The notes under the pieces are model-generated. The model saw only the letters and a program-made list of their open reading frames with translations. It was not told the origin of the DNA and made no database searches. Shown piece after piece: positions 58,652 through 64,000 of a stretch of 64,000 nucleotides of DNA. Source of the stretch: Eledone cirrhosa (taxonomy: Eukaryota). Location of the stretch: positions 323,888,001 to 323,952,000 of the forward strand of contig OZ024743.1 in NCBI GenBank assembly GCA_964016885.1. Direction: 5' to 3'. Positions within the stretch are counted from its first letter, which is position 1. Every line of letters begins with the position of its first letter. A program made the translations under genes and the position numbers.

Positions 58652-60976
58652 TTATTGTTCATTTAGCTTGGGTTTGAATTTATCAATAAAATTCTTTTCT
58701 TTGATTTTTCTCTTGATTTCACTTGGGCTGTGTAATTTGTAGAATGGGAATATTATAAATATTCCCTGGCCACATGTTGCCAGGTGGCCGCTTAGAGGTG
58801 TCTGACGGACATTTGGGTCTCTGATTTGTTGACGGTGTACCCGTGCACGTTCCGATAGTGCATTTCCAGTTTGACCGACATATAGTTCTTCACAATTTGG
58901 GCATTTAATGCAGTAAATTAGATTTCTGCTTTTGCAGTTCATATTTGCATTTGGGAATATTTTTCCAGTTTTTGTTTTCATATATTGACCGGCGTGTATG
59001 GATTGACATGTGCCGCATCGATTATCATTGCATTTAGATACAGTGAATGATTGGTCTTTGTTGTTAAGGTCAAACTTTGCTTTTGTTAGCAATTGCTTCA
59101 AATTTTTTGGCTGTCTTTTACTAAGAGTCAAAGATCGATCTGTGATTAAGCCTTTTAATTCATTACTTTGAGCAATGATCGGTAGGTTTGCTTTGGCAGT
59201 GTTGAAGATATTCTGGTGACATGGGTTGTGTGTCATTATAAATGGTATGACCAGTTCTTGGTTTCTTCTTCCTTGGGTTGTTCTAAGTTGTTGTATAGGT
59301 ATTTTTATAGCCCACTGTATGCCATTTTCTATAAGTAGAGATGGGTATTTTTGTTTGAGCAAAAATTCTCTTAGTTCTGTTAGGCATTTGTACCTGGTAT
59401 TCGTATCTTCTACAATGGTACAAATTCTTCTGGCTAGGCAGTATGGGATGTTGCGTTTTGTATGAGGTGGATGGCACGACTTAAAATTCAGATATTGATG
59501 GGTGTCTGTGTGTTTATAATATATATCCGTGGTAATGGTGGTGTCGTTTTTGATTATCATTATATCTAGGAATGGTAATTTGGTCCTACTCATCTCTTTT
59601 GTGAATTGGAGAGATGGGTGTAGGTTATTCAGGAGGATATTGAACTCATCCAGAGTATCTAGAGATTCTGTCCAGATGATGAAACAGCCGTCAAGGTATC
59701 TCTTCCAAGATTTTTCAATGTACTTTCTAAAGTCAGTACTATATTTTTCCTCTATTTCTTGGTAGAGTTGTTCTAAGTATCCCATTACAGAGTTCGCGTA
59801 AACGGGAGCAAACTTCGTTCCCATCGCTGTGCCTCTAATTTGGATGTAATTCTTTCCATTGAAGAAGAAAGTGTTGTTTTCCAGAATAAGTTTAACTGCG
59901 TCTAATATAAATGGCGCTGTGAATCTAATGGGAATCACTTCTCTATGTTTTTCCACCCAGTATTTAACCGCCTTTATTCCTAAATCATGTGTAATGTTGG
60001 TGTAAAGGCTTACCACATCAAAACTGAGTAGAAGTGAATTCGTTTCCGTGGTTTTGGGAAGATGGGACAGGAAGTCGATATCATCCCGGATGAAACTGAG
60101 TATGTGAATACATAGTGGTTTCAAAATAATGTTAACAAAATTGCTTAGACGGTGAGTGGGGCATGTTGGACCAGCTATAATAGGTCTAAGTTTTAAGTCT
60201 TTTGGGTGTAATAATTTAATGTACTCACTGTTTTGTTCTCTTACTGCCAGTTGTATTTCTTTTGACTTGTGAACTTTCGGTAGGCCATACAGGTTGCTGG
60301 GTTTTGGCTCAAAATTGGTGATGTAGTCTCTTTCCTTATCAGTAAATGAGTTGTGGTATTTTGAAGCCAGGTTGTTGATCTTCTTCATGATGTTGTGGTC
60401 TATATTTGACGGTATTTCATGATAGAATGTTGTGTCTTTCAGTTGTTCCTCAAACAAATCCTTGTAGTATTCAGTATCCATTATAACAACTGCACCCCCT
60501 TTATCTGCTTGTTTAATTATTATTGTTTTATCATTTTGTATACGTTTAAGTGCAGACATTTCTGATTTGTTAATGTTTGGCCTAACATTAGTATTATGTC
60601 TAAGAGGAAATTTAGACAGGATGTCAATGTATTGGTCGAGATAGATATTTCTTCCTTTTGGCGGAGTGAAATTTGATTTATTCTTTACTAGTGATTCATC
60701 ACTCTCATTATTTTTATCAGCGAAGAATTCTACAAGACGTAATTTTCGACAGAATTCTTGGGTATCCTCCTTCAGTTCTTGGTGGTTGACTGTTGGAGTC
60801 GGTGTGAATTTCAGTCCTTTTGACAGAATTTGCATTTCATCATTGTCAAGATCTCTTTTAGATAAATTAATTATTTTAGGATCTACGTGTACAGCTGTTT
60901 TGGGTATGTTTCCTCCTGGAGTTTTTCTTTTTCCGGTTTTTGTTGTCCTGACGTTAAAAAAGGAATTTTTCTCTGT
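58652..60976 (-). CDS. Neptune-like PLE RT + GIY-YIG endonuclease; catalytic YLDD reads YLDG
   Basis: IINLS..LSKGLKF, ADKGGAVV, YGLPKVHK, DVVSLYTNI, GTAMG, LPFLD, SCHP, CxxxxCxxC linker, NLIYCIKC..YVGQT; frame open back to 60976. Confidence 0.9.
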   Translation of the reverse strand, partial: TEKNSFFNVRTTKTGKRKTPGGNIPKTAVHVDPKIINLSKRDLDNDEMQILSKGLKFTPTPTVNHQELKEDTQEFCRKLRLVEFFADKNNESDESLVKNKSNFTPPKGRNIYLDQYIDILSKFPLRHNTNVRPNINKSEMSALKRIQNDKTIIIKQADKGGAVVIMDTEYYKDLFEEQLKDTTFYHEIPSNIDHNIMKKINNLASKYHNSFTDKERDYITNFEPKPSNLYGLPKVHKSKEIQLAVREQNSEYIKLLHPKDLKLRPIIAGPTCPTHRLSNFVNIILKPLCIHILSFIRDDIDFLSHLPKTTETNSLLLSFDVVSLYTNITHDLGIKAVKYWVEKHREVIPIRFTAPFILDAVKLILENNTFFFNGKNYIQIRGTAMGTKFAPVYANSVMGYLEQLYQEIEEKYSTDFRKYIEKSWKRYLDGCFIIWTESLDTLDEFNILLNNLHPSLQFTKEMSRTKLPFLDIMIIKNDTTITTDIYYKHTDTHQYLNFKSCHPPHTKRNIPYCLARRICTIVEDTNTRYKCLTELREFLLKQKYPSLLIENGIQWAIKIPIQQLRTTQGRRNQELVIPFIMTHNPCHQNIFNTAKANLPIIAQSNELKGLITDRSLTLSKRQPKNLKQLLTKAKFDLNNKDQSFTVSKCNDNRCGTCQSIHAGQYMKTKTGKIFPNANMNCKSRNLIYCIKCPNCEELYVGQTGNALSERARVHRQQIRDPNVRQTPLSGHLATCGQGIFIIFPFYKLHSPSEIKRKIKEKNFIDKFKPKLNEQ

Positions 60977-62232
60977 TCAGGATTTATATTCCTGTTGGTG
61001 TTCGCTTGATGAACTTTTGGTCGTGATATTATATTTGGTTTCGTTATGTATTTTGTCCTATTTTTGGTATTCTGTATATTATTTTTCTTCCTGTTAGCAT
61101 TATTTTTAACAATCTGGGAAAATGACCTAGGTTTGCTTTCAGGTTTAGATCGTTTTTTCGTCCAGTTTCTTGTGGGCAATCTCTGTTGAGATCTTGAGAG
61201 TGATCTGGTTATTCTACGTTTTGTTTCCACATTCCTTGTTGGTAGTCTCTGTTGAGATCTTGAGAATGATCTCCTGGTTTTACTACTTCTCATGGTCTGG
61301 TCAAAGGAATACCTATCGTGTTTGTGCTTTTTGTTCATGTTGTGTGCGATAGGGTGTTTTTGTAGAAAAAGCGAAGAGTTATTACCGTAGTTCTTCTTTG
61401 ATTCAAGGTAAGGTGAGTGTTTGTGTTGGCACGTGTTCTGGCGTATGTTGTGTTGATGAGATTGTCCACTTTTAATGCTTTTTCTCAGGGTTCCAGAGTC
61501 TTTACGGTAATTTGCAGCATATTCATCGAGAAATAATTGTTTCTGCTGCCATACCTTTCTTGATTTGTTTTCTTCTTTTGAGATATCTCCGATCCATAGT
61601 TCTCGTAGTTTTTCAGCTATAATACCAGTCGTTAGCTTTGAAATTTCAACTTCAATTTGGTCATCAATAGCTTCATATTTGGCTTTGTAGCGGGATTGTT
61701 TACATTCAGAAATGGAGATGTCGGTCCTGAATTTTGTCAATGTAAGTTCCCATCGGAGTTTTGTTTCTTCTTCTGGTTCTCCTGCAATTTCTGTAATTAG
61801 GTATTTACGAGGGAGTATGGGTGCCATTAGAGAGAGCCATTTCGAATGTGTTTCGACATATTTTTCGCATCTGTATGCTTTCCAGAAATTTTGTTTTCTT
61901 ATGTTAAGGAATTTTTTCCATGTCTTCCACATTTCTTTTCTTATTCGATGTGTTTTGTTTTCCAAATTTCTTTCGTTTATTTCTGATATCCAAGGGGGTT
62001 GTGGTAGGCTTTCTCTTGTATCTTTGATAACTGTTGGTATAATTTCAGCTAAATTCTTAATTTCAGAGTTTATATGTTCAGTTATAAGTTTTCCGTCTGT
62101 AGATTGTTTTTCTATTTCCTTTAAAATAGAGGATTGTGTGTCCATCATCGTGATAAGTGTTGATCATTTCGATGATATCTCCTTTAGAATTCTTTCTGAT
62201 TCTGTTGGTTTCATTTGTTGCTTTCCGGACAT
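60883..62232 (-). CDS. PLE upstream ORF (helical, basic RS-rich); in-frame TGA at 62164-62166 after an ATG at 62232
   Basis: 421-aa ORF with duplicated RS.SRSQQRLPTRN, overlapping the RT frame. Confidence 0.7.
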
Positions 62233-62384
62233 GTTGGCATATACACAATAGGAATATATATATATATAGATATAGATAGGTAAATATACACGGGTGTGTA
62301 TGATTGTGTATAGAAGATTATATTAATAAGAGGAATTCCAACTTTGTCTGATTTACTCGTTTTATTTACAATCCTTTAAAATAT

Positions 62385-63077
62385 ATATATTATATATATA
62401 TATAATATATGATATAAATATATATATATATATATATATAATATATGATATAAATATATATATATATATATATATAATATATGATATAAATATATATATA
62501 TATATATAATATATGATATAAATATATATATATATATATAATATATGATATAAATATATATATATATATAATATAATATATAAATTAAATATATATATAT
62601 ATATAATATATCATATAAATATAAATATATATATATATATAATATATCATATAAATATAAATATATATATATATATAATATATCATATAAATATAAATAT
62701 ATATATATAATATGATATAAATATATATATATATAATATATGATATAAATATATATATATATAATATATGATATAAATATATATATATAATATAAATATA
62801 TATATATATATAATATATGATATAAATATATATATATATAATATAAATATATATATATGGTATAAATATATATATAAATATATGGTATAAATATATATAT
62901 ATAAATATATGATATAAATATATGGTATAAATATATATATATAAATATATGATATAAATATATATATATAAATATATATATATAAATATATATATATAAA
63001 TATATATATATAAATATATATATATATAAATATATATATAAATATATATATAAATATATATATAAATATATATATAA

Positions 63078-63108
<31 letters not shown>

Positions 63109-63170
63109 AATATATATATAAATATATATATAAATATATATATATATAAATATATATATAAATATATATA
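62385..63170. repeat. Degenerate (TA)n with TATGAT/TAAA variants
   Basis: Directly visible. Confidence 0.95.
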
Positions 63171-63914
63171 CAGTATTTACGTATCGAGAAAGAGAAAAAA
63201 AGGGGAGGATAGGTGATACATATAGTTATTTGCCAAGTAGCGTATGCCAAAGGTGCTCGATACTAGTACCGGCAGTATTAAATATTCGAAGTGTTAATAT
63301 TTAGTGGGCTAGAGAGTTAGCAGAGCGTAAGCACATGGGAAAGTAAAAAATCGGAGAATAGACCGTTAAAACATGTTTATTTAAAACAGCACCTACGTAC
63401 GTTTCGCCCAGTTGGGCTCATCAAGGGCATAAATAATCACAAGTGTTCCTTATATTGCTCGGAAAGAGTTTTGGGGCTTAAATCCACATCAAGGTTCATT
63501 GCTCGCAAAAATATCTTGGTTTGATTTTGCAGCAGGTCAAGGGAGGTAACTCTGGCCGGTGATAGGGCAGTCTTTCCCGGACAAATTTTTTTTTTTTTTT
63601 TTTTCCTTTTTTGCCGCATCTGTTTGTCTGAGGCTGGGTCTGGTATGCAAGGATTGTTTCCTGGGTGTTATTTTGCAGCGCCTGCCCGCCGGGGTGTTAA
63701 GACTTGTTGCAGGGAGATCCGGTGTATGGTTTCACTCCTCATCCTTAACCCATCTGAAGAAGGATATTTTTAAGCGATGTGTACAACTTATCGCTGTTTC
63801 AGCTCTGCTGTTGATGAGCTCGTGGGGTGCAGTTATGATGTGGTAGAGCTCCATGAGGCAAAGATCGCATTTCCTCTTGAAGTTGTACAGTGCAGCCCTG
63901 CCGACAATCTCCTG
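63171..63914 (-). mobile_element. 5'-truncated PLE, family D: endonuclease C-terminus (63732-63914), 3' UTR and hammerhead at 63389-63428
   Basis: QEIVGRAALYNFKRKCDLCLMELYHII..LINSRAE..SCTHR*; GCCC UUGAUGA GCCCA AC UGGGC GAAAC GUAC GUA GG. Confidence 0.7.
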
Positions 63915-64000
63915 GGAGGGTCATGTTGCCAATAAGAAACTCACGCACCAGTTGCTTTCACTTAAATATATCATAAATTAAATTTATAAATTCAGGAATT
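63915..64000 (-). mobile_element. Family A pLTR fragment running off the window
   Basis: GGAGGGTCATGTTGCCAATAAGAAAC..GCACCAGTTGCTTTCACTT matches 53839-53886. Confidence 0.8.

Noticed and set aside
54528-62251. Plus-strand ORFs over the retroelements
   Set aside because: Antisense shadows of the RT ORFs

Overview
AT-rich animal genomic DNA. The SINE, LINE and microsatellite repertoire resembles a cephalopod (octopus-like), which is inference only. No host protein-coding exon can be supported. 1-31 kb is SINE-rich, with RTE-LINE 3' fragments, two CRE-type retrotransposon fragments, several minisatellites and a candidate core promoter at ~24.3 kb. 33-53.8 kb and 62.4-63.2 kb are a giant degenerate (TA)n microsatellite field with a 200-N gap. 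53.8-64 kb holds co-oriented minus-strand retroelements: a 5'-truncated Penelope-like element (PLE), an RTE LINE fragment with a PHD-like insert, a near full-length Neptune-like PLE whose two ORFs overlap at a U UUU UUA -1 slippery site, and a third PLE 3' end. The main signal is a set of at least seven apparently unrelated families of small non-coding inserts, most beside TA/CT microsatellites, each carrying a minimal type I hammerhead ribozyme motif. Some are long fold-back palindromes with a 3' tail. Others are ~1.1-1.3-mer tandem units of 313-472 bp, like retrozymes. Three families use a U3-A8 core instead of C3-G8. All structures were folded by eye and none was tested computationally.
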